Shown in pieces: positions 1 to 13,569 of a DNA stretch of 64,000 bases. Both the position numbers and the translations under genes were made by a program. Numbering within the stretch: the first letter of the stretch is position 1; each line of letters opens with the position of its first letter. The notes under the pieces are model-generated. The model was not told where the DNA came from and made no database searches. It saw nothing but the letters and a program-made list of their open reading frames with translations. This DNA is from Nageia nagi (Eukaryota > Plantae > Pinophyta), in assembly GCA_050084985.1 (NCBI GenBank), contig JBITNC010000001.1, forward strand, positions 54,932,001 through 54,996,000, read 5' to 3'.

Positions 1-983
1 ATATGTGAGGAACGCGTATATGCATTTTTGTTATGCTCCATTTGGTAATGATAATCAACACATATTTTGTATACATCAGATGACTATGAGTATTGGTTTG
101 CCATCTTTATGGTGAATTATAGTGCACCTATCCTTGTTTATATGAATATGTTGCATCTAACTAATATTCTTATTTGAACTGCTAATGAATTGCAGGTTCT
201 TTGAGATTGCAAGTTACTTACTTTAGGTGTGCAGGCTTATGGAGATCATCATGACTTCTAATTGGATGACTACTTTATGTACATTGAAACCAATTATGGT
301 TGATGATTGTATTGTAAACCATTTGTTAAAATGGTAAAGTAGTGAGTCTCAAACTAGATCTTGCTTACTTCATAAAGATGTAAAAAGCTCTCATCTCCCA
401 TTATCTTATTTTGAAGAACTCTTTTACTCTCTCTTTCTTCTCTCTTATTCACTCTATCCCAATTATGCATTAAGGGGGAGTGTTGAAATGTATAATGCAT
501 TATTGTAAAGGTTTGTATTAATTATCTTTGTAAATTCACTAATACTTAAAGGTATCATTATATACCTTAAGTATTTAAGTGAATATGATAATGTAACTTG
601 TCCTACACTCCATGACATGAGCATGTCCCTTGGGTAAAAGGGAGTTGCATGTCATGTCTTTGTACATTGGTTAAAAGGGTAATCTAAAGAGGAATTTTTG
701 CCTATAAATAGAAGGCTCCCTCTTTGTGGTCACACACCAATTTATGAAGTAAAGTTATGCTATAGGATAGTGTTTAGGAGATGAGACTAAGAGGATTGTA
801 GGAGGTTCATATTTGTGAATGAAGTAAGATATAGTTAGTGGATGTAATCCTAATTAGAGGAACCACTTTATCTCTTGAGTCACTTTGTGAGATTATCTTC
901 TTGAGTTATCTTAATGTTAGTTTGAGCTTCCATGAGATCTTGGTAGTTTAGGATTGTATTTGTTATAGTTCAATTTGTTCACA
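1..983 (+). mobile_element. 3' end of an LTR retrotransposon (probably Ty1/Copia): PPT and 3' LTR 481-~983
   Basis: PPT AAGGGGGAG ends at 480, directly followed by TGTTG (481). TATA CCTATAAATAG at 701. LTR ends ...TTCACA (~983), where Gypsy integrase sequence begins, so it is a nested insertion. Confidence 0.6.
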
Positions 984-2279
984 TAACTCTTTCTTGAAAA
1001 CATTTCCAAAATCCATGGCATACCATCTACCATCATTAGTGACTATGATTCGATATTCACTAGTAAATTCTAGCAAGAATTCTTCAAACTTTAGGGCACT
1101 CAACTTAACATGAGCTCAGCTCATCACCCCCATATATATGGCCAGATCGAGATTGTTAATAAATGCTTGGAAACATATCTCTGTTGTTTTGAGTCAACCT
1201 AATAGGTCCATTGGATTAAATGGCTTCCCTTATTGGAATGGTGGTATAATGCTTCATATCATACTTCCATAAGGATGAATCCCTGTATGGCTAACCTTCA
1301 CCCATGATCATCTCTTATATCCTAGGTAGAACCAATGTCCAAGCAGTAAATACCACCTTAACCAATATAAGAAACATCATTCACATCCTTGGGAAAATAT
1401 TTAAATGGCTCAACACTAAATGAAACAACAAGTTGATCAACAACATGTCGAAAGGTAGTTCCAAGAAGGAGACATGGTTTTCTTGCGACTTCAACCATAC
1501 CAATAAACATATTTTAAATTAAAAGGTCCTCAAAAATTGGCCCCATAATTTTATGAACCTTATAAAATACTCAATGTATTGGCCTTGCAACATACAAGTT
1601 GGCACTCCCAGCATCATCAACGATTCATCCTATTTTTCATGTGTCCTACCTTAAGCAAGTCTTAGGCTCTCAAGCCATAATTCAAAGTGAACTACCTAAA
1701 TTCACTAAGGAGGGATCCATCATGGTTGAACTTGAGGTCGTTCTATACTAATGCACATGCTAGCTTCGCAACCGCACTATTACTAAAGTTTTTATCTAGT
1801 GGCATGGATTAGCTCCTAAGGATGCAACTTGGGAGACACTCCATTAACTTGAGCAACAATTTCCTAATTTTTAGCTTTGAGGTTAAAGATATATTTTCAG
1901 AGGGGTGGCATGCTAGGATCCCACATCCTAACATTACTTAGACTATATTAGTTATATTAAATGTAAGGTGGATTGAGATATTTGTAAGGCAAATCACCAA
2001 ATTGTATTAAATGATCGATTAGGGTTAGGGTAGGTAGATTATAAATATGCATGGGAATAAAATAGTTATCATCTTAGAAAATGTGTTGTTTGAGTTGTAA
2101 GAAGGTAACCCCTTCAAAGTGGCTTGTAATTCATTTTGGTTATTCAATAAAGTGATTCTGATAGTATCTTGTTCTATTCAGATTCCTGTTGCTTATGGTT
2201 GTGATATTGAGTTACATTCAATTCATATTTCACTATTTTTTAGCTTGAATCTCATTTAGGAACTTGCAGGTTCCTAACA
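984..2279 (+). mobile_element. Ty3/Gypsy chromovirus 3' remnant: integrase, chromodomain, PPT, 3' LTR 1911-2279
   Basis: Disrupted translation IHGIPSTIISD...MSSAHHP...[11 protein letters not shown], then IHPIFHVS.LK, then chromodomain WHGLAPKDATWE. PPT AGAGGGGTGGCA. LTR TGCTAGGA...TCCTAACA. Confidence 0.85.
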
Positions 2280-2284
2280 CTTTC

Positions 2285-3550
2285 TCTGATCTGAAAACAA
2301 AATCTATAGTATTCTCCATAGCTCATAATAAATCCCTAAGACCATACAAATTCCTAGTGGATTTTTTTTAGAAGTTCTAGGGGATTATGGGTATAAAAGA
2401 TATTAAGGTGGTAAGAGAGATCCAATCTCTAGGAAAATCCTCAAGGTATGGAACACTAAATTTTTGGGAATAATACCTAAGGTTATAGATGCAAAAGATT
2501 ATACATAGTTCTACTCAACTAGCTTGTGTAATGTGGTGTATAATATCCTTACCAAAATAATGGTAAACAAATTTAAGTTGATCCTCCCTCATCTCATCTC
2601 TCCGAAATAAGGAGGATTTATACAAGGCATATAGATTATCGATGGCATGCATGAGGTATTGCACACTACTCAAACAAAGAATATTAAGGTATTCCTATTG
2701 AAATTGGATATGAAAAAGCCTTATGAAAAAATTAACTAGACCTTTCTAGATAAGATTTATAGGAAATTTGGGTTCTCTACTATATGATGATCTTGGATAA
2801 ATTAGTGTATAACTATGAATTCCTTCTCGATACTTATAAATGGAGAGGTTGTTGGCTTCTTCCATTCTAAAAGGGTACTCAGGCAAGGTAACCTAATCTC
2901 TCCATATTTATTCATCTTGATGGCGAAGGTTTTAGGGAGAAGGATTGGGAATGGAGGAGGATAGGAAAAATCAACAATGTTAAACCATCTAATGCACCAA
3001 TCACAAGTACTCATAGCCAATTTATGGATGATACAATCATAGTGGGGAAGGCATTGATGGTGGAAGGAAGGACTTATTTAAGGATCCTATAGCTATATGA
3101 AGGGGCGTCATAACATAATATAAATTTTGACAAAAGCAAGCTATTCTTCATCCATACCCCTATAGAAAAAGGAAGATTGTAGGTATTTTTAAATGCCAAA
3201 TTAAAGATCTTCCACCTACCTATCTAGGTATGCCACTATTTGTAGGTCCATTAGGGAAAAAATTATGGTTGCCATTGATTGAATGATTCTAGAAAGCATT
3301 GGTAGGATGGAAAGGGATGACACTGTCAATAGCTAGTAAATGTTTACTAGTGAAAATGATGCTTCAAAGTATGCATGTTTATTGTGCCTCAATCTTAGAG
3401 AACCCTATTGGCATCTATAAATAAATTGATCATATCTATAATAGGTTCCTCTAGATAGGGATGGAGAAGAGGAGAAGTGTAACCTTGGTAGGTTGTGCTA
3501 AGGTATGTAAACCTAAAAGTGAGGGAGGTTTGGGCCTCTGTAGCTTTCAC
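2285..3550 (+). mobile_element. Decayed L1-type LINE reverse transcriptase
   Basis: Motifs SLCNVVYNILTK, LKLDMKKPY, LRQGNLISPYLF, SQFMDD, TYLGMPL and VCKPKSEGGLG, with many stops and frameshifts. Confidence 0.85.
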
Positions 3551-3749
3551 TTTGGATATATTTGGAGGAGGAGGGGGGAATGAGATTTTTTTGAGGTATA
3601 TATGTATTCACTTTGGATTTCTTTGGAGGAGGGAATGAGATTTTGCTACCATTCACCAAATCTTGGATCTTGTTCTTTAATATGTGATAATATTTGATGA
3701 GGTTTGCTCTCTATCCATGATAGTTATATAAGTACTACTATATAATATT

Positions 3750-6250
3750 GGGACTAAAATTTGGACCCTTATTTGTTGGAGGAGGAAACTTTATTAGTCT
3801 TTTTTTACCAAGAACTTTAATACTTCATCAATGTCATCATATATAGGGTTGAATTTCCTTTCTTCTTTCTTAGGATTTTGGGTTATTTATTTTAATTTCT
3901 CCACAAAAACTACCATTGGAAGCTTAGGTTGAGGTTCTTATTTCTTTTCTTTAGATGGATATCTATTTATTTTTTTGTTTTGTAAGTCTCTATAACTTAT
4001 CAAGAACCTTTCTTTTTAATAATTGAATGAAGGAAAGTATGTAATGGTTACTTGCAATAATCAAAACAAAGTGCCTTGTATTTATGTTGTAATGACTGAA
4101 TGAATGCCTCAAGATTGTGTTTTTCATTAACGACAATCCTATTTGCAATCAATATTTGATAAAATATTCAATTATTTAGCCTTCTCTTTTTTTAAACTGC
4201 ATTAATTTAATAAATGAAATTTCTTGTAGAATAAATACCTTGAAAATATTAATGAATGATTTTTTAAGTTGAGAAGAATCCTAAATACTATTATGAGGCA
4301 TCTTGTTGAATCACTTAAGAGCACTTCCTTTCAATGTGAGAGGAAATAACTTGGTGTACGAATCTCTATCCAATGTGATAACTAAAACTTCATATTGAAA
4401 AATTTGCATATGTAATCTTGGATCTTCATACCTGTTTACCAATCGAATTGATCATGAGGGTTCTTATCTATAATCAAAAATTGATGGATTAAATGAAGAG
4501 AAGAATAGAAAGCAAAGACAAACACTTAAATATAAGAACAGAGGGTCAATCCTTTTATTAACAGTAATGAGATCGACTACAATGATATAATGATCACACC
4601 AATGGTTCTCACACTTTCTCTCTCACACGCTTCCTCTCTATCCTTGCTTCTCCTCTTATTAGGACTATTTAGAGGCTTAAGGATTTGTATCCTTTTGGTA
4701 AGAGTAGCTAACCCTTATTGTTCAATTTTTAACTACTAGTTAGAGTCGACTGATTTACATAATGAAATTCTCTCTTGCTAACAATAGCCTTCATATTTTG
4801 TGAATTTCAAGCTCTTCATAGTATCCACAATAGGTTTCTCTTATTATTTTAAAAAAATGGATTTCCTATCCACCTCTTGTTGTGATTATTTTACATAGGA
4901 AAATATTAGCTCTTAAAATTGCTTGAGTAACTCATTCATATTTGGAATAATAGGAGTTTGATTTATTTGGATTACCTCATGTTATTGAATATATCTTTTA
5001 GGAGTATGAAATATATGAAATTCTTCTTTCTTATTATTTATGCCATTATTAATATGGTAAATAACTTTTGTAAAATGCTTATCCAAATCATCCAAAGATA
5101 ATTTTTTCATGGCCTCCTCATCATGATTGAGAACTATGGAATCCTTTATATCATTTTCTTGTTATGACCAACCAGGAAAAGGATGTAAGGCTTTTTTAAG
5201 ATAACATTAATATTGAACTCTCCATTCATCCTCTGGATTAGGATCAAAAGTGACTATTAATGATTCTTTATATTTTGTTGTAAATATTCTTATATTTTAT
5301 CCCAATATTGATGCAAATTTGCTAAGAATTCTACGAAATATCTCACTTTTTATTCAATAAAATAAGGATTTTGCAAAGTTCCCAAATATTGATGTTTAAT
5401 CTAATTCTTTTGATTTTTCAAATAATGATAAGGTTCAAAGGCTTGAAGAAATATAGCATTGAGTTATTAGATTATGTCATCATGAGGATTTATACTTGAT
5501 ATATCATTTACATCTACTTCATCCTCAATACTAAGACCTTCTAGTTCTTGAGTGTGAACAAGATCTTCTTCTTGTTGTATCGTGTCTCCTATGGTAACTA
5601 AGGGTCTAGTGTTAGCACTAGGATACTTTAAGATTTGTAGAGAAGTCAAGGTGATTTTGTCACCATATTCTGAATAACTACCTCTATCTCATCCTCATTT
5701 TCTTCAATCATGTTATAAGCATCAACACTACCCCCAATGCTAGTGCTAGGAATCTAAGTAATTGGAGGTGGAAGCAAAGGATGAATAGTATTTTTTTGGC
5801 AAAGAGCTTTCATTCTAGATTTTTTTCATCACATTTTGAGGAGCTATATCTATTAATATTTCTTTAGTTGTATTGGTGACTTCCAAGACTTGGTGGATTG
5901 GTAATGGATCTCTTTCTGTTACTAGGGCTTGGAAGGAATTTGTTTATTTTATTGGATGAGAAACAATCACCATATGAGTACTTTGAGTAGACATAGATCT
6001 TCCAACCACTGTTGATGTTTGAAATCCTTCACCTTTGGATTCTCCATTCTTTAATTGTTTTGATGTATGGTTTTGGAAGGCAAATCTACTATTGAACTTT
6101 TTGCATAATAAATATCTCAATCATTATCCCCTTGCGAGAAGCTAGTGGATTTCTATCTTTTGAGCTATAATATTATGCTTTTAATAATGGGAGAAAGCTT
6201 ATTTTTCTTTCTTTTGCTTGCAGTATTAGTATCCTCACCAAATACATTTA
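3750..6250 (-). mobile_element. Highly decayed LINE-like remnant (possible ORF1/endonuclease region)
   Basis: Only weak motif traces on the minus strand; interrupted by the solo LTR at 4433-4783. Confidence 0.25.
4433..4783 (-). mobile_element. Solo LTR with 5-bp TSD
   Basis: TGT...TAACA termini; flanks ATACC (4428-4432) and ATAGC (4784-4788); AATAAA and TATA-like signals on the minus strand. Confidence 0.6.
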
Positions 6251-7099
6251 TTATTTCTTTTTTGAAAGCATGGTAAGGAATGAGAAAAATAAAGAAAGGA
6301 ATTTTTCATAACAATCACAACATTTTGAAATATTTTTATCAAACCCTAACTTTAACATTTATAAAAAGAAAAGGATGTTGGGTTCACCAATATGTAGATG
6401 ATAAAATGTATCCCTTAACCATAGTAAAGGATAAAATAATTATATTTACTTTAATGAATGAGAAAAAAGTACTTAATTACCTATGATCACTCATTAACTA
6501 GTGGGAATAACTCAAGATAAAAGCAATGATATAAACAAAGTAGTAATATGATAATAACATGACTTAGCCTATGAGATAATGAAAAATAGATGTGTACCTA
6601 TTATCTATCTAGTTGAGGAAAATGCATTTGAGAAGTAGGCAAATATCAAAACTTACATATCGGGTCTTAAGATAATATCTCTCATATATTCGAGGGTTGG
6701 AGTTGGTACTAAGGATCTTGAAGATGAAAGTCACTCACTGTGGTAGTAATTTTGTTTGCTTTTCTTCCAAGATTATGGTGAAAGGATAACTCTTGAGGGT
6801 AACAAATTCTAATCTTGATAGGTGGTGTTGAAGAATACTGACAAGTTTGTTAGATATATACATTATCAGATAGTCTTTCCATGCATATAATTCTCATTTT
6901 ATAGGTTTAAACTATATATATATAAACCTTTGCATGTTAGCATCGATGTTGACAAAATAAGAGAATTACACATGAGAAGTAACTTAGGTAGATCATAAAC
7001 AATAATAGACATATAACATAACATCATATTCATACATAGTGAAGGTTATGTGACATGAAGTTTGGCCCAAAAAAGGTACCAAATTATGTGTCAAGATCA

Positions 7100-8516
7100 T
7101 CATAAGAAGGAAAGATACAATTTTATGCATCTTAGGGACAAAGCAGGATTATAGGGTCATGGAGGATCTTACCATTTGTACATGTTGGAGGACTTATGCC
7201 ATGGAGCACATGCATTATCTCAAGATCATCCATGGAGAGAAAGATGGTAGGAGTCAACATTTGAGGATAGTTGTTTTTCATCCTTATTTTCTCTAAGCTT
7301 TTGAGGACCAAAAGCCACCTCATTAGGGAGGTGTGATCAAAAATGGATCATGTGAATGAAAATTAAACATCAACAGAGTCGGGATTTTGGTGAATTCTCA
7401 TGGTTGGGTGTTTGAAGTATTTTTTATGGCTCTTATGGAGTTGTTTGTAGCTCAAACCTATCACAAAATAAATTATTCATCTTTATAAGGTTATAAAATT
7501 TGTACATATATCCAATTGATGCAAATTATATTCCATTGCGTAGATTTTGAAAAGAGCTTTCTAATGAGTATATGCATGCCTACCTTTGATGAATATTTGG
7601 TTGTTGTCTTCCAAATTTTGGTAGACATTATCTTTTGTCTTAAAAAAGTGTTATTCCAATGATATCATTAGCCTATTTTTCAATGAAATCATTGGATTAT
7701 ACCATATTTGGCCTATGAAAATCTTAGAATTCATGTTGTAGAGTTTTAGGTCCATCTTGGAGGTTTTTAAGGGTGCTATTGATGAAGACTTCCTAGCAAC
7801 ATTGTTAGATTAAGACTTAACACAACCCAACCTTGACCTCACTATGCGAAAGGACTTGAAGACCAACCCTATCATTGGACGAGTTGATAAGTTAGTGGCA
7901 TCATTGGATGGACATAATACATTTTGGGGGAACATGAAGCATCGAAGGTATTTTCATAATGAAAGATGAAGTGTAAAGGTCATTTGCAAGTGAAGAGATA
8001 GGCTAACAAAGTTAAAACATATATCAGGATGTTATTGAGAGGCTAATGAGCTAATGAACATGTTCTAGTATATTTTTTGGGTTGTAGATTGAGACTGTTG
8101 CAACTAGGGAGTGTTGTGGAGTTGGAGAATGTTGATCTTAGAGTATGGATGATCATTGGAGTTATTGGTGCAAGTGTTTTCCATAGTTTGACAGTAGCAC
8201 ATAGGCCAACTATGGTTGTAGCTTCATTATTTTAATCAAATATAAAATCTAAGCTCTTTGAAAGTGGATGTTTCCCTACACTAGAGTTTATCACTATAGA
8301 TATTTATATTCTTAATTGTGTGCGTGTATTTTTTTTTTGGTTGTTTTCATTGTTTTAGTAATCAATATTTCATAGAGTGAGAATATATATTTTAAATTAA
8401 AGAGAATTAAAATTTGTATTTGAAGATCCATAAAAGCATAGTTATTGGTGATTATAGATCAAAAGTGTTGTGAATTTATTAGGTAATCCTTCATAAGTTG
8501 CCTAGATACCTAACAT
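7100..8516 (+). mobile_element. Decayed Gypsy 3' end with probable LTR (~7332-8516)
   Basis: Chromovirus-like ORF end (FEDQK) followed by purine tract GGGAGG and TG; possible end CCTAACA at ~8516. Confidence 0.3.
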
Positions 8517-9021
8517 TAAATTATATAGTCAAATAGTACTTACTTGATAAATAATAAGACCATAGATTGTAAATGATTGATGTATATTATTTTGGAGCAT
8601 TAATATTTACTTCAACATAATATATCTTAATGTTATTTTTTTAATATTTATGATATTTTTTTTTCAAGCTTTATTTCATATTGAATGATGATATTTTAAC
8701 TATGTTTATTTTTAATTACTTCCATTTCATTAATTAAATTTAATCTTCATTTAAAATTAATGATAAAAACATGTAATAACTTTTAATCAACTACTCAAAA
8801 TGATTTTAAAAATTACTTTGAATTGAAAACAAAAGATTGAATTAAAACTAAAATTGAAAATAAATATAAAGAGAGATGGTTGACAGTATCCAACACGAGG
8901 AGTAGTCGTGTTGTGCATTTAGATGGTGACCAAATCTTAAACAGAGGAATGCCTACAATTTCAGTCGGTGTGAATTGATAGAATCGTTAAGCAGTTCCAC
9001 AAAACTGCAACTTTCAAAACG

Positions 9022-9095
9022 TGGCGCCGCCCAGACTTGAACTGGAGACCTTCAGTGTGTTAGACTGACGTGATAACCAACTACACCACGGCACC
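9022..9095 (-). tRNA. trnV: tRNA-Val, anticodon AAC
   Basis: Reverse complement GGTGCCGTGGTGTAGTTGGTTATCACGTCAGTCTAACACACTGAAGGTCTCCAGTTCAAGTCTGGGCGGCGCCA folds into a full cloverleaf. Acceptor GGTGCCG/CGGCGCC, anticodon arm TCAGT-CTAACAC-ACTGA, A and B boxes present, T4 terminator at 9016-9019, TATA-like element ~30 nt upstream. Confidence 0.97.
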
Positions 9096-9394
9096 TCTGT
9101 AAATTAATTTTTATCCTCCAATTATAATTCATCATTACTAAAATTACAAAATAATAAAAGTAGTTGACGTGCTAAGTTATATAATTAAAATACGGTGGAA
9201 ACACTATTTAAATGGCTACATTATGTTAGTATTTAAACGTAAACAATATTGAAATAAAGTATTTTTTCACATTTTAAGGAAGCAAAGAATGAATATAAAT
9301 ATCAATTTTTTTAAAAAAAATGCAAACTAAAATTTTGGAGGACATTTGAAAGATGTTCTAGGATAATATAATCATAAGTATACTTCAAACTTTT

Positions 9395-10020
9395 AAGCCT
9401 AAATAATATAATAGATTTCATGAACAATGTGATATGGTAATGACTAGATATTATAGCAAGTGTGGAAATTTAGCTCAAAATAATATCAAGATGCAAAATA
9501 TTACGATAGTTTTAAAAAATAAAGTAATTTTTATAGAGGATACTATTAAAGTTATTCTAAATGATATAGTCAAAAAATTACCTAAAATGTTTGGGCTTCA
9601 TATTGTTGTAGTCTAATTATAAGAGCATTATGATATTGATAAGAAGTCATTCCATAACAATTATTATTAAATAAATATTACAATATTTTAAAAATATTAA
9701 TTAATTATTTAGGCCTAAACAATATAAATCATTTCAACAAAGATGTGGTATGGTGGTGAGTAGAGAGAGATCTTAGCAAGTGTGAAAACTTTGTTCAAAA
9801 TAGTATCAAGATGCAAAAAATTATGATAATTTAAAAAAATAGAGTAATATTCATAAAGGACACTATAAAGTTATTCTAAAAGATATAGTAAAAAAAATTG
9901 CTTGGAATTTTTGAGCTTAAACTTGTTGTAGCATTGTCATAAGAGCATTATGATATTGATAAGAAGTCATTTCGATAATAAATATTATAATATTTTAAAA
10001 AATATTAATTAATTATTTTA
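9395..10020. repeat. Diverged tandem duplication, 2 x ~315 bp
   Basis: Blocks such as TATCAAGATGCAAAA and AAGAGCATTATGATATTGATAAGAAGTCATT occur twice, about 310-320 bp apart. Confidence 0.85.
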
Positions 10021-10177
10021 ATAAAAATATGTGTAAGTTACTTCCCTTTTAAGGCATGTGATTAGCTTACAAAGTAGATATGTAATGTAAAGGTAAGTAT
10101 TATATGATAAGATAAACAATATAATAAAATAAAATATGAAAAATATAAAGCGTAGGTATAATACCTTTTGAGATGAA

Positions 10178-12175
10178 TGTTAGGATCCCACATCCTAACA
10201 TTTTAGTGTTAGTATTAGTATTTTAATTAAATTGTCAGCTTATATTGTAAACCATAATATTGTGATTGTAAGGGTGGGGCCCGATTTTGCATAATTATTA
10301 GGGTTAGGGTTAGTATATTATAAATTGGTAGAAGTGTGTGGAGAAAGGAATCTTGAACATTATTTTCACTTTTGAAGTTGTAAGGAGGTAGCCCCCTTGA
10401 AGCGACCTATGATTTTGTTATTATTCAGTAAAATCCTATCCTTATCTGCTTATTATTGCTATTTCGTATTCTATTTATCAGTGCATGCTCTATTATTTCC
10501 ACTAGCTTAGTTGTCATTTTCCTATTTTAAATCAATATTCATTACATTTTAGCAATATTTTTCTTTGCATATTTGTAGCATCATAACATCTGGTATCAGA
10601 GCTCTTTCTAGGGCATTCTGTTGTAGGAAAATAAAAAAAAATTCTTAGAGGTCTTAGCTAGAAACCATATACCAAGGATTTTAAAATATCTAGGAGGATC
10701 TATCATTTTTGGTTAAGCACACTTGCCCATAAAGCTATTTGTGAAGTGAGGTGCAAAAAACTCTACACCAATATGTAGGCCTCAAATAGAACCCTACATG
10801 AAATTAGATTCCACGTATCGAAAGGTATATAGAAGAGTATTTAGGCTATAAACAAAAACTAGGTAGGAAGCTGTGTCGATCGTCTGTAAATTGTAGTGCA
10901 CCAGTAAGTGCCACTGGAAATTTACTTATCATAGAATCAATCTCCACAACCTCTTTCCTTATGAAAGTTGGATAGGAGGGGTGTTTAGATAAGCCTATAG
11001 AGCAGATAATCCTTACCCTAGAATCATTTCTTCACACAAAAAACCTTGATTCGAAAAGCAGAATGTATGACATGTAGTTTTTTAGAGCCTTCAAAAATAG
11101 CAATTTAGAGGTAGCAAAACCTTCAAAGCTAAATAACTAAAAATTTGTATCATTTCAATAGTTGTTAATAAAAGTAGATAGACCCATAGATGTAAAAAAA
11201 AGAGTCTAAGAGTTTGAAAATCATCATCAGGAGATGTATCCCATTGTGATCATCTTTTCGAGTTGATCATTTTGATATACTACACCCATACACTTTTTCA
11301 TGCGCTTTCTAAAAATACCAATTTTTAAAAATAATAGTTTCCAAATATAACAACTTCAAAAATAGCAATTTTTAGAAATGGCACCTGAGACAAGATCCCA
11401 AACAACAGCACAAGCTGATCCTACCATGATGATATTTCAAACTATGATCTAACAAATGGTAGATATACTTACCAATACATTTAGGGTAGAAATTTGATAA
11501 ATACAAACCTAAATACAAACCCTTGATAGTAAATGTGATAGTGTCCAACTAAGTATCAGTCATACCAACAATGCATCCAATTCATAGCAATTAGGGCAAT
11601 TAAGAAATCCACAGGGGTATCATCATAACTTTCAGGGCCAACAAGGTGGTTTCATTCTTCCCTACATAACCAAATTGGATTTTATTTGATTTGATGGAGA
11701 TGATCCCACTGGTTGGGTTTATAAGTTCGAATAGTATTTCACATTGAACCAAATTCTAGAAGATTTGAAGGTGAGCATGGCAACTTTTCATTTGGACCGT
11801 GAGGTTCTTCAATGGCACCAGTGGTACTCAAAAATGCATCCTGCTCCTTCATGGGATGAATTTACTAAACAATTATTGATCTATTTTTGTCCTAGTGAGT
11901 ATGAAGATTTCACAAGGGCATTGACCAAGTTCTATCAAACCACAATAGTCAAAGAATATCAAAATCAGTTTGAAAAACTAGCAAATCACACAGAGGGGTT
12001 GGATGATGCATTTTTCACAAGTTGTTTTATCAATGGATTAAAGGAAGAAATTAAACCAAAGGTCAAAATGTTTAATCCTAAAACTATGATGGATGCTATT
12101 GCTTTGGTAAAGCTCTCTGAAGATAAAGCCAGTGCTCATTGGATATTGGAGAGTCTTACCTTTGAGAGTTACTAG
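10178..12175 (+). mobile_element. Ty3/Gypsy chromovirus 5' remnant: 5' LTR 10178-10588, PBS, gag
   Basis: LTR TGTTAGGATCCCACATCCTAACA...TAACA, same family as the LTR at 1911. tRNA-iMet PBS TGGTATCAGAGC at 10591-10602. Disrupted gag from ~11378 (FDGDDPTGWVY; ORF 11744-12175 with VKEYQNQFEKL and CFINGLKEEIK). Truncated at the 3' end. Confidence 0.9.
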
Positions 12176-12988
12176 TATATTTTCTACAAAAGAAACTATT
12201 TTTTTATGATAACAAAGGGGCCAAACCAATTTGCTTCAAATTCACCCTTTTATTTATTTATTTATTTTTTTCATTAGTACAAGATCTCTAATCTAATTTT
12301 TTCTCATAAAAATTTCTTATTGTATGCCCTTTATAATCAATTATTATATACCATTAAGTATTTAATGGTATGATTTTATTTTTTATCAAGCTTTTATAGT
12401 AATTTTTAACATATGTTTTTTCTAATATTCATAAGTGATTATGTGTATCACAAAATTTCCTTGGTCAACTAATTTCGAATTCCATATGCATCAATACTTC
12501 TTCACCATAGAGTAATTTGTAAAGAGTTATATGTAGTAAAGTCCTAAATCCTATTATATAAGCCTATATTATTTTAAATAATTATTTATCTTAGTTATCC
12601 ATACTCATTGGTCATTTTACTAGAATTATTTATTATTTTTGATTTCCAATTATTTTATGGATATTGCAAAGTTGACATTCCATATTGGATATGGTATTTC
12701 TCATAAAAATTGCCATTGGGAACTTGAAATGACCACCCTATGAAATTTATGCTCTTTTGAAGAAAGGACATTATTATACCATGAAGGTTTAATCCTTATG
12801 ATCAATAATCATTGTAGAATATTTTTGTATGATATTTTTCTCACAACTTTGCTCATAAATCCCTTTGATTTTTTTTCAATGGTAAATTTTTTGGGGCATT
12901 AAGTTTAAAGTCTTTTGTACAAATAGGGCATCTTTAAAGTATTCTTTATTTTGAAGGTTCAATATATATCATATCCAATATGTGCATT

Positions 12989-13221
12989 GAAGTATCAACT
13001 TTGGAGCCTAATTGTTTGACTATTCAAAGTCTTGATATTGAAGTTTAATTATTTGACCTCTCATGTGGTGATATTTGTACTAAAGTCTTAATGTTTGAGC
13101 CTAATTATTTGATCATTTGAATGGAAGTATCAACATTAGAGATTAATTATCTAGCCTCTCAAGTACCACATGCAACTTTGAAGTCTTGATGTTAAAGGCC
13201 ATTTGTGTGACCTCTCATGTG
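12989..13221. repeat. Degenerate ~40-55-bp tandem repeat
   Basis: Recurrent AAGTATCAAC/AAGTCTTGAT...TAATT(G/A)TTTGAC units. Confidence 0.5.
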
Positions 13222-13569
13222 TTTCCATATATAGATAGGAAATAATGCACAATGCAATAAACATGACATTATTTTTCTACAACTCAAATACTGAAGTATA
13301 CATAAAAAATATACCATTTATTGTAATAACAAATATTGTACTTTATCAGATCTGACATGTGATGCACCCAAAATGGTTGGTTCACTCCACACAAGGAGGG
13401 ACCAACGTTACATCACCAATGCTAAAGGGGGGAGTTTACCTGCTGTGATGATAATGAGGCTGATGTGCTCGACCTACAATAAAACAAATGTTAGTGGGGG
13501 CCTCAACACTCTAGTCCCTTAATACCTTAGAGTGTGCTCAAAGAGAGGTGTTAAACCTTATTGATGGAA

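Noticed and set aside
1911-10588. The two related LTRs as the ends of one element
   Set aside because: The first is a 3' LTR (after a PPT) and the second a 5' LTR (before a PBS). They are diverged and face away from each other's coding regions.
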